Of a stretch of DNA of 64,000 bases, positions 20,596 to 30,691 are shown in pieces. Source of the DNA: Rhodospirillaceae bacterium (GTDB taxonomy: Bacteria; Pseudomonadota; Alphaproteobacteria; MPNO01; UBA2964); the NCBI GenBank assembly GCA_002720855.1, contig PBIN01000006.1, positions 368-64,367 of the forward strand, in the 5' to 3' direction. Position 1 is the first letter of the stretch, and each line of letters starts with the position of its first letter. The notes beneath the pieces are model-generated. The model was given only the letters and a program-made list of their open reading frames with translations. It was not told the DNA's origin and did no database searches. A program made the translations under genes and the position numbers.

Positions 20596-22281
20596 TTGGC
20601 GCTGAGGCTAAACCTCAGCAGGGAGGACAAGGGTCGCCTATCAACAGATAAGGAAGTCCCCGATCCCGTGCTTGCAGAATCGGCCCGTTTAGGCCGCCGT
20701 GGTTTCCTGTCCCCGCTGACGTGCCGAATTCTGGTGGTCAATGTGCTGGCGCTTGCCATTCTTTTTGCCGGTCTTCTTTATCTCGGTCGCTATGAACAAA
20801 ATCTTATCGATTCGGAAATCCAGGCACTTACAACCCAGGGCGAAATATTTGCAGAGGCGCTTGCCGAAGGTGCCTACGGGACACGAGCCGACGGGTCAAC
20901 GGAACTGGAGGGCGCCATAGCGTCCACAATGTTGCGGCGGTGGGTTACACCAACGAAAAACAGGATCAGATTGTTTGATCAGGATGGGACACTGGTGGCG
21001 GACAGCCGTACGTCGTTGGGCCTCCGAGGTGGCTCAATAATCGTAAGTGAGTTGCCGCCTCCCGATACTCCAGACAATTTCGGCGGCATATTTGATCGAA
21101 TTTATCAAAAGATCATTGGCTGGTTACCGGCGCGCCAATTGCCGCTTTATGAAGAACAAGCGGATCAGCGTGCTGCTGACTATGGGGAGGTGTCGCGCGC
21201 CTTGGAGGGCGAACCCGCTTCCGCGGTGCGGCTTGACGACTCGGGGCGTCTGATAATCAGCGCTGCTGTACCTTTGCAAAGATTTAAACAGGTCATCGGC
21301 GCTGTTTTTGTTGCCCGGGACGGACAGATGATAAATGAAGCTGTCCGCTCTGTTCGGTTCGACATCCTGACAATCTTCGGAGCCGCTCTATTCGTAACAG
21401 TTTTATTATCAATCTATCTGGGAAGCACTATCGTTCGGCCCTTGCGTCGCCTGGCCGCTGCGGCCGACAAGATTAGAATCGCCCCAGGTCAGGTGAGATC
21501 AATTCCCGAATTTGCAGGGCGAAATGATGAGATCGGTGATCTGGCTGCTGATTTGAATGCGATGACCGATGCTTTATCACACCGTTTTGACGCGATCGAA
21601 AGTTTTGCCGCAGATGTGGCCCACGAGCTTAAAAACCCGCTGACCTCTTTGCGCAGCGCTGTTGAGACCGCGTCACGACTTAAGGATATCGACCAACAAC
21701 AACGGTTGATGGACGTTATTCAGGATGATGTTCAACGGTTGGACCGGCTTATTTCAGATATTTCGGATGCCTCGCGTCTCGACGCTGAACTGTCACGAGA
21801 TGAATCTGAAAAACTCGATTTGAGCAAGATTCTGGCGGCCTTGGTTGAAGTGCATAGCACAGCTGGGAGTCATGGCGAACGACAAGTCATATTTGAACAA
21901 ACAACCAAAGGCCCATTTGTTGTTCTTGGAAATGAAGGGCGTATCGTTCAGGTATTGCAGAACCTTATTTCAAATGCATTTTCGTTCAGTCCACCGACTG
22001 GGCGCGTTATGGTCCAGATCAGCCGCGATCGCGATTGGATCATCGCGTTCGTAGAGGATGAGGGTCCGGGTATCCCACCGAGTAGTTTGGAGAAGATATT
22101 TGATCGTTTTTATAGTGAACGACCTGAAAATGAGCAATTTGGTACTCATTCGGGGTTAGGCCTGAGCATTTCACGACAGATTGTTGCTGCACATGGCGGA
22201 ATAATCGAAGCAGAAAACCGGACGGACACCAGCGGGCAGGTTCTAGGGGCCCGTTTTATCGTCAAATTGCCAAATCCGTGA
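20596..22281 (+). CDS. chvG: Sensor histidine kinase ChvG/ExoS
   Basis: SPLT.RIL..N, HAMP domain, ADVAHELKNPLTSLRSAVET, HSGLGLSIS. Confidence 0.95.
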   Translation: MALRLNLSREDKGRLSTDKEVPDPVLAESARLGRRGFLSPLTCRILVVNVLALAILFAGLLYLGRYEQNLIDSEIQALTTQGEIFAEALAEGAYGTRADGSTELEGAIASTMLRRWVTPTKNRIRLFDQDGTLVADSRTSLGLRGGSIIVSELPPPDTPDNFGGIFDRIYQKIIGWLPARQLPLYEEQADQRAADYGEVSRALEGEPASAVRLDDSGRLIISAAVPLQRFKQVIGAVFVARDGQMINEAVRSVRFDILTIFGAALFVTVLLSIYLGSTIVRPLRRLAAAADKIRIAPGQVRSIPEFAGRNDEIGDLAADLNAMTDALSHRFDAIESFAADVAHELKNPLTSLRSAVETASRLKDIDQQQRLMDVIQDDVQRLDRLISDISDASRLDAELSRDESEKLDLSKILAALVEVHSTAGSHGERQVIFEQTTKGPFVVLGNEGRIVQVLQNLISNAFSFSPPTGRVMVQISRDRDWIIAFVEDEGPGIPPSSLEKIFDRFYSERPENEQFGTHSGLGLSISRQIVAAHGGIIEAENRTDTSGQVLGARFIVKLPNP

Positions 22282-22700
22282 AACATCCTTCCAACGTTCT
22301 TGTCCATGCCACTTGTGTTGCAATCAACGGCACCGGCATTTTATTGCGGGGTGCATCAGGTAGTGGAAAATCAGATTTGGCGCTTCGCCTGATTGACCAA
22401 GGCGCTGAACTTGTCGCTGATGACCAGGTTGATGTGACGCGAAACGATCTCGCGTTGTCGGCGAGCGCACCTGAGTCTCTCCGCGGTAAAATTGAAGTAC
22501 GCGGGTGTGGAATCCTCGAGATTGCATACCGTTCAGTAGTGGATTTAGCCATTGTTGTTGACCTTGTCCCGCGTGCGGAAGTGCAGCGATTGCCCGAGCC
22601 CGCCACCTGTCAATTGATTGGAGTTGATCTGCCGCTTTATAGACTGCATGCATTTGATCCATCGAGCCCTGCAAAAATCGTTATGCTGACACAACAGTGA
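22278..22700 (+). CDS. hprK: HPr kinase/phosphorylase (short alphaproteobacterial type)
   Basis: HATCVA, GASGSGKSDLALRLI, LVADDQV, IEVRG.G. Confidence 0.93.
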   Translation: MKHPSNVLVHATCVAINGTGILLRGASGSGKSDLALRLIDQGAELVADDQVDVTRNDLALSASAPESLRGKIEVRGCGILEIAYRSVVDLAIVVDLVPRAEVQRLPEPATCQLIGVDLPLYRLHAFDPSSPAKIVMLTQQ

Positions 22701-22746
22701 GACTGCTTGCTCGCATGGAAACAAAGCGCAATAGTAACGCAGGAAT

Positions 22747-23688
22747 ATGACCATGCCTGCAAATAGCATTTTCAGCTCTCGTCCAGAGTTTACTGCAGAG
22801 GTAGACGACGGGCGCATGCCCGTGCTCCTGGTGACTGGGATTTCAGGCGCAGGTCGATCTACGACACTGAAAATCCTCGAAGACCTGGGATATGAAGCAG
22901 TCGATAATTTGCCATTGACGCTTTTGCCCAGTCTCGTTGTGCCCTCAGTAGGAACGTCACGTCCTCTTGCCATTGGTATCGATGTCCGCACGAGAGATTT
23001 TGGAATAAAGCAGTTTTTAAAAGAGATTGACGCATTAATGACGCGGACCGATCTTGAGCTTCGGGTGGTTTTTTTAGATTGCGACGATGAAGTATTGCAA
23101 CGCCGGTTTACTGAAACGCGGCGGCGACATCCTTTAGCGGCCGATCGACCTGTAATGGATGGTATCAAGCACGAGCGGCGGTCCGTGGTGCCGTTGCGGG
23201 ATAAAGCCGATTTGGTTATCGATACGTCCCAATTGGCACTAAATGATTTGAGAAGACTGCTCAAAGGTCAATTTGCTTTGGATGTCGAAGCCTCCTTTGC
23301 CATATTTGTTATGTCGTTTTCCTATCGTCATGGTATTCCTCGTGAAGCCGATTTAGTGTTCGATGCCCGATTTTTGGCAAATCCCCATTATGAAGACGAA
23401 TTAAGGCCGCTCACGGGACTCGATGAGCAGGTCGCCAAATTTGTCGCAAATGATCCTGGTTTTGCCGATTTTTTTCAGTCGTTAACAGGGTTGATAGACC
23501 CGTTACTCCCGCGGTTTCAAAACGAGGGAAAGAGCTATCTCACGATTGCCGTCGGTTGTACGGGAGGGCATCACCGTTCAGTTTTCGTAGCTGAGAAATT
23601 AGCGTCATGGCTCCGAAATAGTGGCAAACATGTGGACATAATGCATCGTGAGCTGAGAGGTCCCGAAGCCACTGATCAAAAGAGATGA
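22747..23688 (+). CDS. rapZ: RNase adapter RapZ (YhbJ)
   Basis: TGISGAGRS, VDNLP, ETRRRHPL, DARFLANP, GCTGG.HRSV. Confidence 0.95.
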   Translation: MTMPANSIFSSRPEFTAEVDDGRMPVLLVTGISGAGRSTTLKILEDLGYEAVDNLPLTLLPSLVVPSVGTSRPLAIGIDVRTRDFGIKQFLKEIDALMTRTDLELRVVFLDCDDEVLQRRFTETRRRHPLAADRPVMDGIKHERRSVVPLRDKADLVIDTSQLALNDLRRLLKGQFALDVEASFAIFVMSFSYRHGIPREADLVFDARFLANPHYEDELRPLTGLDEQVAKFVANDPGFADFFQSLTGLIDPLLPRFQNEGKSYLTIAVGCTGGHHRSVFVAEKLASWLRNSGKHVDIMHRELRGPEATDQKR

Positions 23689-23695
23689 AGGTCTT

Positions 23696-24103
23696 ATGAT
23701 TGGAATTGTCCTAGTAACGCATGGCCGTCTGGCAGACGAGTTTTTGGGTGCCATGATTCACATCGTTGGTGAACAGGAAAATATTGAGGCGATCTGCATT
23801 GAGCCAGATGATGATATGGAACAGCGTCGGGCAGATATTCTAAAAGCGGTAAAGACTGTCGAGAGTGGTGATGGCGTTATTTTGCTAACAGACATGTTCG
23901 GCGGCACACCATCAAATCTCGCGATTTCTGTTATGGGCGAAGATAACGTAGAGGTTGTTGCTGGTGTTAATCTTCCGATGTTAATTCAATTGGCCCGGAC
24001 GCGACTTACCCAGTCGCTCCAAGACGCTGTTTCGGATGCGGAAGAGGCAGGCAGGAAATATATCAGCGTTGCGTCGAAACTATTAGCAGATCGAAAGACA
24101 TAA
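23696..24103 (+). CDS. manX: PTS EIIA, mannose family
   Basis: VLVTHG, LTDMFGGTPSN, GVNLPML. Confidence 0.9.
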   Translation: MIGIVLVTHGRLADEFLGAMIHIVGEQENIEAICIEPDDDMEQRRADILKAVKTVESGDGVILLTDMFGGTPSNLAISVMGEDNVEVVAGVNLPMLIQLARTRLTQSLQDAVSDAEEAGRKYISVASKLLADRKT

Positions 24104-24150
24104 TTTGCAATACTGGCGCCTACTAAATTCAGGATAAATCGGAAAAAAGA

Positions 24151-24417
24151 GTGTTTCAGAAGCGTGTGACTATCGTAAATCAGCGCGGGCTGCACGCGCG
24201 GGCGGCTGCGCACTTTTCTCAATTAGCGGAAAAATTCGACGCTGATATAAAGGTTGAATCCTCCGGGCTCAAAGTTTCGGCTTTGTCGATTATGGGATTG
24301 ATGATGCTCGCTGCGGGGCCCGGTACAGAGATTTTTATAACCGCGGAGGGTACGGAGGCAGAAGCCGGACTATCCGCTCTGGTGGCGTTGGTCGAAAATC
24401 GATTTGATGAAGAGTAA
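24151..24417 (+). CDS. ptsH: Phosphocarrier HPr/NPr
   Basis: NQRGLHARAAA, SIMGLMMLAA. Confidence 0.93.
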   Translation: MFQKRVTIVNQRGLHARAAAHFSQLAEKFDADIKVESSGLKVSALSIMGLMMLAAGPGTEIFITAEGTEAEAGLSALVALVENRFDEE

Positions 24418-24529
24418 TCGTAAAATCGCGAAAATCCTTGCAATTTAGCGCATTTGGCTGCTATACGGCGCCGTTTCCAATGTTTCAAAATTTGCCACAT
24501 AAAGCTGTTCAGATTTCGGACAGCATTGA

Positions 24530-25846
<1,317 letters not shown>

Positions 25847-25910
25847 GTTTTGAGGGTTCGGACCACTGCCGGACCGCTCGTTCGCGATCACCTGAAGGGG
25901 GTTACAGGGG

Positions 25911-26240
25911 ATGCGGCTATTGCGATTTTGCCTGACGTGTCTATCGACACTCCCGGTTTTGAACCTGGGGATAGGTGGCGCATACGCCCAACAAACGTCT
26001 ATTGCTGGGCCCGATACGGCTAGTCCTTTGGTCGCTGTGTTCGCGATCGCCTTTATAGCTGCTACGGCAGTTGCTTTGGTCCTGACTGTCAGACTTCGGC
26101 GAATAGCGGCAGAGAACGAAGATTTAAAAACCGAAGTGGGCCTTCGAGATGCAACTCACGGCTTCGGCAGGAACAGGCAATTTTGTGGCCTTTTGATGGG
26201 GAAGGAGAACCAGTCTCCGCCGGGTTTGCCTCAGCACTAG
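25911..26240 (+). CDS. Probable N-terminal membrane-anchor part of DivL, split off by a frameshift
   Basis: Signal-like start, TM helix and coiled-coil-like segment, then an out-of-frame tail; overlaps the kinase ORF by 58 nt. Confidence 0.55.
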   Translation: MRLLRFCLTCLSTLPVLNLGIGGAYAQQTSIAGPDTASPLVAVFAIAFIAATAVALVLTVRLRRIAAENEDLKTEVGLRDATHGFGRNRQFCGLLMGKENQSPPGLPQH

Positions 26241-28360
26241 ATATTGATGAAGTCAGTGGTAGCCAATTTGCTGGCTTTGTTGACCAGCTCGAATCAAATG
26301 ATGCGTCGGCGTTAAAGGAAGCGGTCGGTAAACTACGGCATGATCGCCGGCCGTTTCTCCTTACAGTGTCGACTTTGAGTGATGCCCGCACGTTTTCGGT
26401 TCGGGGTGACAGCGTCGTCGCCGATGCTTCCGGTGCAGCTGTCATATTTGTAACGGATCGAACGGTAGAAGCAGCACGTGTAAAAAGGTTATCTGGTGAC
26501 GCAGCGCAAATGCATGAATTGCTGGATGTGTTGCCACTTCCGATCTGGCTTCGCGACGACCAACAGCAGATCAAATACGTCAATCAGGCCTATCGCGACG
26601 CGGTGGATGCAGGTGAGGACGTCTCTCGCGAAGACTTGCCTGAGATCGCGGCCGGCGATGCGTCTTACGGGCGCGATTTGGCTGCGAGGGCCATTAGCGA
26701 GGGTGCGCCACAAAGTGATCGTCGACATGTAGTGATGTCAGGCTCCAGGCATTTTGTGGAGTTAGTTGAAGCGCCGATGAGTCCGGCTGGACACACAGCC
26801 GGATTTGCCATCGATTTGACCCAGCTCGAAGAAGTTCAAGCCGAACTGGATCGCCATATCGCCGGGCAGGAAGTTATTCTGCAAAATCTTGGCACCGCCA
26901 TAGCGATTTATGGCGCAGATCAGTCATTGCAATTTTTTAACAATGCCTTTCTCCAGCTCTGGGGGCTGGATGAAGCGTGGTTGCGAAGTACGCCACGAAT
27001 GGCTGAGCTCCTCGAGCAATTGAGAGAAAATCGCCGACTCCCCGAATATGCCGATTTTCCAGCTTTCAAAAACGATCAACTGAGTCTGTTTACGTCGTTG
27101 ATTGAACCCGTTGAAGAGATGATTCACTTACCAGATGACACGACCCTGCGTTCCGTCGTCATACCGCATCCCTTTGGCGGGTTATTGTTACTTTGGGAAG
27201 ATGTTACAGATACCCTTGCACTCGAACGCAATTACAACACCCTGATTGCGGTACAACGAGAAACGCTCGACAATCTTTTTGAAGGCGTAGCAGTTATCGG
27301 CGCTAATGGCAGGTTGCGTCTTTCGAATCCGGCCTTCGGTTCCATGTGGCGAATTCCAGCACATGAAATGGCCGCTGAACCACATATTGCAGAAATAGCG
27401 AATCATATTTCTGATTTGCTCGGGGAAAATGAGGAGCTTCGTTCAAGCAAGGAGAGTTTGATCGGGATTCTTACCGATCGTGAATCTCATAGCGGACGAT
27501 TGAAATGTAACGATGGCCGTGTCCTGGATTATGCCACCGTGCCGTTGCCCGACGGTGCTGTTTTATTGAGTTTCCTCGATGCCTCGGCAGCCATTAATAT
27601 GGAGCGTGCACTTCGCGAACGGAATGAAGCTCTTGAGACAGCCGACCTGCTAAAATCAGAATTTATCGCCAACGTTTCTTATGAATTACGGACGCCGCTA
27701 AATACGATCATCGGATTTACCGAAATTCTCAGCGGCGAATATTTTGGCGGGCTGAATGATCGGCAGACAGAATACACCGGTGGAATTTTAGAATCGTCGA
27801 ACCGTTTGCTGCTTCTGATCAACGATATTCTTGATCTCGCAACGATAGAGGCAGGACATATGAGTCTCGAACTTGACTCCATCGATATAAACAGTTTCCT
27901 GAATAGTGTCCTTGGTTTGGTTCACGAAAGAGCACGCCATAAAAAACTGGCACTGGAAATTGATTGTCCGCCTGATATCGGCGCGATGGTTGCGGATGAA
28001 CGGCGACTCAAGCAGGCACTATTTAATATACTCTCCAATGCCGTGAAATTTACTCCGGACAATGGCGATATTGTCGTCTCAGCAAGAAGGCAGGGAGATG
28101 AAGTGATCCTGACCACAAGCGATAGCGGCATTGGAATCAGCGCCGAAGACCGCGAACGCGTATTCGCAAAATTTGAACGTGGTTCGAGCGCAGAGGCCCG
28201 ACGTGCCGGAGCGGGTCTGGGATTGTCGTTGGTCAAGAGTTTTGTGGAAATGCATGGCGGAAAAGTAGCTTTGGAATCGGAGCCTGATGTTGGAACGCGT
28301 ATCATCTGTACCCTGCCATCGCGCGCCAGCGTAACGTCACCCATCAATAGGCCGATATAA
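26183..28360 (+). CDS. divL: DivL-type multi-PAS pseudo-histidine kinase (main part)
   Basis: H-box carries Tyr (NVSYELRTPL), several PAS repeats, HATPase domain; ahcY-divL-tsaE synteny. Confidence 0.85.
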   Translation: MWPFDGEGEPVSAGFASALDIDEVSGSQFAGFVDQLESNDASALKEAVGKLRHDRRPFLLTVSTLSDARTFSVRGDSVVADASGAAVIFVTDRTVEAARVKRLSGDAAQMHELLDVLPLPIWLRDDQQQIKYVNQAYRDAVDAGEDVSREDLPEIAAGDASYGRDLAARAISEGAPQSDRRHVVMSGSRHFVELVEAPMSPAGHTAGFAIDLTQLEEVQAELDRHIAGQEVILQNLGTAIAIYGADQSLQFFNNAFLQLWGLDEAWLRSTPRMAELLEQLRENRRLPEYADFPAFKNDQLSLFTSLIEPVEEMIHLPDDTTLRSVVIPHPFGGLLLLWEDVTDTLALERNYNTLIAVQRETLDNLFEGVAVIGANGRLRLSNPAFGSMWRIPAHEMAAEPHIAEIANHISDLLGENEELRSSKESLIGILTDRESHSGRLKCNDGRVLDYATVPLPDGAVLLSFLDASAAINMERALRERNEALETADLLKSEFIANVSYELRTPLNTIIGFTEILSGEYFGGLNDRQTEYTGGILESSNRLLLLINDILDLATIEAGHMSLELDSIDINSFLNSVLGLVHERARHKKLALEIDCPPDIGAMVADERRLKQALFNILSNAVKFTPDNGDIVVSARRQGDEVILTTSDSGIGISAEDRERVFAKFERGSSAEARRAGAGLGLSLVKSFVEMHGGKVALESEPDVGTRIICTLPSRASVTSPINRPI

Positions 28361-28438
28361 AGACTAATTCCCGATCAGCACATTATTCTCCACGATTGTT
28401 GCAGGATTCGGTATGCACCGGTACAAGCAGCCATTGAT

Positions 28439-28936
28439 ATGGCTGACCAGCACACACTATCACACACCGTAAAACTCGCTGATTTAGCGGCGACTGAGAG
28501 ATTTGCTGCAGAACTGGCGGCGTGTCTTTCGACCGGAGATATTGTCGGCTTAACCGGCGATCTTGGTATGGGAAAAACGGTATTTGCGCGCGCTGTCATT
28601 CGATCTCTCGGTACAGCGGAGGGCCTAGATATTGACGATATTCCCAGTCCAACCTTTACCCTGGTTCAGGAATACCCGTTCGCCAAATTTTCCATATTTC
28701 ATATCGATCTTTACAGGCTTGATAAGCCCGCTGATGCACTTGAACTGGGAATTGAAGACATTTTTTCCGAGGGTGTTTCGTTGATCGAGTGGCCAGAAAG
28801 GCTTGAACATTATTTGCCCAATGACCGGTTGCATTTGACACTATTGCCCGGAGATCATGAGAGTGGCCGTCTTGTGCGCATTGAACAGTGTGGCGCATGG
28901 TCTGATAGGGATTTGACGGTGGTTCTTGATGGCTAA
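28439..28936 (+). CDS. tsaE: tRNA t6A biosynthesis ATPase TsaE
   Basis: GDLGMGKT, PSPTFTLVQ.Y, HIDLYRL, LIEWPE. Confidence 0.95.
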   Translation: MADQHTLSHTVKLADLAATERFAAELAACLSTGDIVGLTGDLGMGKTVFARAVIRSLGTAEGLDIDDIPSPTFTLVQEYPFAKFSIFHIDLYRLDKPADALELGIEDIFSEGVSLIEWPERLEHYLPNDRLHLTLLPGDHESGRLVRIEQCGAWSDRDLTVVLDG

Positions 28937-29939
28937 CCGAACCGAACAGATAAACGAATTTCTTGAAAGCAATGGTTGGGGCGGCGTAAGCCCGCAAGCT
29001 CTGACAGGTGACGCCTCATTCCGACGATATTTCAGGCTTCAGGACGGAGAGCGCCGAGCTATGTTGATGGATGCGCCGCCGCCAAAGGAAAACGTCGTTC
29101 CTTTTCTAGAAATTGCGCGGCATCTATCGGGATTAGGGTACAGCGCACCAGAAATTTATGCTGAGGATCAGGATGCCGGTTTTATTTTGCTGGAGGATTT
29201 TGGTGATGCGACTTTTACCCATCTTTTATCCGCCGGGACTGAAGAAAAATCACTTTACCTTTTGGCAACAGACGTCCTTATCGATTTGCATCGTCGGCCA
29301 ATGTCCGAAGCCGTTCCTAAAAACTTGCCGGAATACGATCTTGGAAAATTAATGTCGGAAGCCGAGTTGTTTACTGATTGGTTTATACCATGGGCGACCG
29401 GGGGAACCCTTTCCGAAAACGCCAAAACCGACTATCGCAACAATTGGCAATCTCTACTATCAGATCAGGAGGCAATTCCTACAAGTCTGGTTTTACGGGA
29501 TTATCATGTTGATAATTTAATGCGGCTCGATAATAGTAAGGGAATCGCTGCCTGTGGTTTATTGGATTTTCAAGATGCAGTTGTTGGACCGGTGACCTAT
29601 GACGTGATGTCGCTGATTGAGGATGCAAGGCGCGACGTTTCGCCAGAAACAGCTGCTGCGGTTAAGGCGCGGTATCTGGAGGCCTTTCCGGCAATTGATC
29701 CCGTAGAGTTCGATCGCTCGATAGCGATACTGGGTGCGCAACGCCATGCCAAAGTAATTGGTATATTTACGCGTCTGTGCGTACGCGATGAAAAGCCCGT
29801 TTATCTCGATCATATCCCGCGGGTTTGGCGCTTGCTTGAAGCCGCGTGTGGGCATGCCGACCTGAAACAGATGAAAAGGTGGCTTGATGAGCATGTTCCC
29901 TCGGATAAACGGTCCGTACCCGAAGGGTTTGAGACCTGA
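28929..29939 (+). CDS. amgK: Anomeric MurNAc/GlcNAc kinase AmgK (APH-like phosphotransferase)
   Basis: GDASFRRYFR, MDAPP, LEDFG, LRDYHVDNLM, LDFQDA; tsaE-amgK-murU synteny. Confidence 0.88.
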   Translation: MANRTEQINEFLESNGWGGVSPQALTGDASFRRYFRLQDGERRAMLMDAPPPKENVVPFLEIARHLSGLGYSAPEIYAEDQDAGFILLEDFGDATFTHLLSAGTEEKSLYLLATDVLIDLHRRPMSEAVPKNLPEYDLGKLMSEAELFTDWFIPWATGGTLSENAKTDYRNNWQSLLSDQEAIPTSLVLRDYHVDNLMRLDNSKGIAACGLLDFQDAVVGPVTYDVMSLIEDARRDVSPETAAAVKARYLEAFPAIDPVEFDRSIAILGAQRHAKVIGIFTRLCVRDEKPVYLDHIPRVWRLLEAACGHADLKQMKRWLDEHVPSDKRSVPEGFET

Positions 29940-30691
29940 TTTCGGGGAACACGCCAAAGCATGCTATGGTGCTTGCGGCGGGGCTAGGTCTTCGTATGCG
30001 CCCGATAACCGAAAATTTGCCAAAACCTTTGATTTTGCTCGCCGGGCGGACACTTCTCGATCATGCGTTGGATAAATTGCAGCAGGCGTCTGTCGAAACG
30101 GTCACTGTAAATGTCCATTATCTCGCGCATATGATTGAAGATCATCTCGCCGCTCGTGCGACGCCGCGCATCCTGATTTCCGATGAGAGAGACGAATTGC
30201 TGGAGACCGGTGGCGGTGTTACTGCTGCATTACCGACCTTGGGCAATGAACCCTTTTTTGTCGTGAATGCTGATATCGCCTGGGAGGACTCGGCATCACC
30301 TGCATTGCGACACCTGAGCCAGTATTGGCGTGATGACGCAATGGACGCACTGCTTTTAGTTCAGCCCGTCAACGACACGACCGGATATGACGGTGCTGGT
30401 GATTATAATCGGTCCGATGACGGAAAACTTGAACGCCGGAGAGAGAACCCGTCAGCCCCCTTTGTTTTCACCGGCGTACAGCTTTTGCATCCTCGATTGT
30501 TTGCCAATGCGCCCAAAGGGGCTTTTTCCCTGATACGACTGTATGATGAAGCCCAAACCAAGGGCCGGTTATACGGCGCTATCCACGATGGCGCCTGGCA
30601 TCATATAGGCACACCTGCCGGCTTAGATGAAGCCGAGGCCGTGTTTGGTACGATCCCACGCCGTTCAGACAAAGTGCCTGATGGCGGATAA
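29936..30691 (+). CDS. murU: MurNAc-1-phosphate uridylyltransferase MurU
   Basis: AMVLAAGLG.RMRP.T...PKPL, LLETGGG, W.HIGTP; start CTG 29936 (inferred) or ATG 29966. Confidence 0.88.
   Translation: MISGNTPKHAMVLAAGLGLRMRPITENLPKPLILLAGRTLLDHALDKLQQASVETVTVNVHYLAHMIEDHLAARATPRILISDERDELLETGGGVTAALPTLGNEPFFVVNADIAWEDSASPALRHLSQYWRDDAMDALLLVQPVNDTTGYDGAGDYNRSDDGKLERRRENPSAPFVFTGVQLLHPRLFANAPKGAFSLIRLYDEAQTKGRLYGAIHDGAWHHIGTPAGLDEAEAVFGTIPRRSDKVPDGG

Noticed and set aside
22747-23688. RapZ Walker A with Arg (GAGRS) instead of Lys
   Set aside because: A variant I recall in other RapZ homologues; not evidence of novelty.
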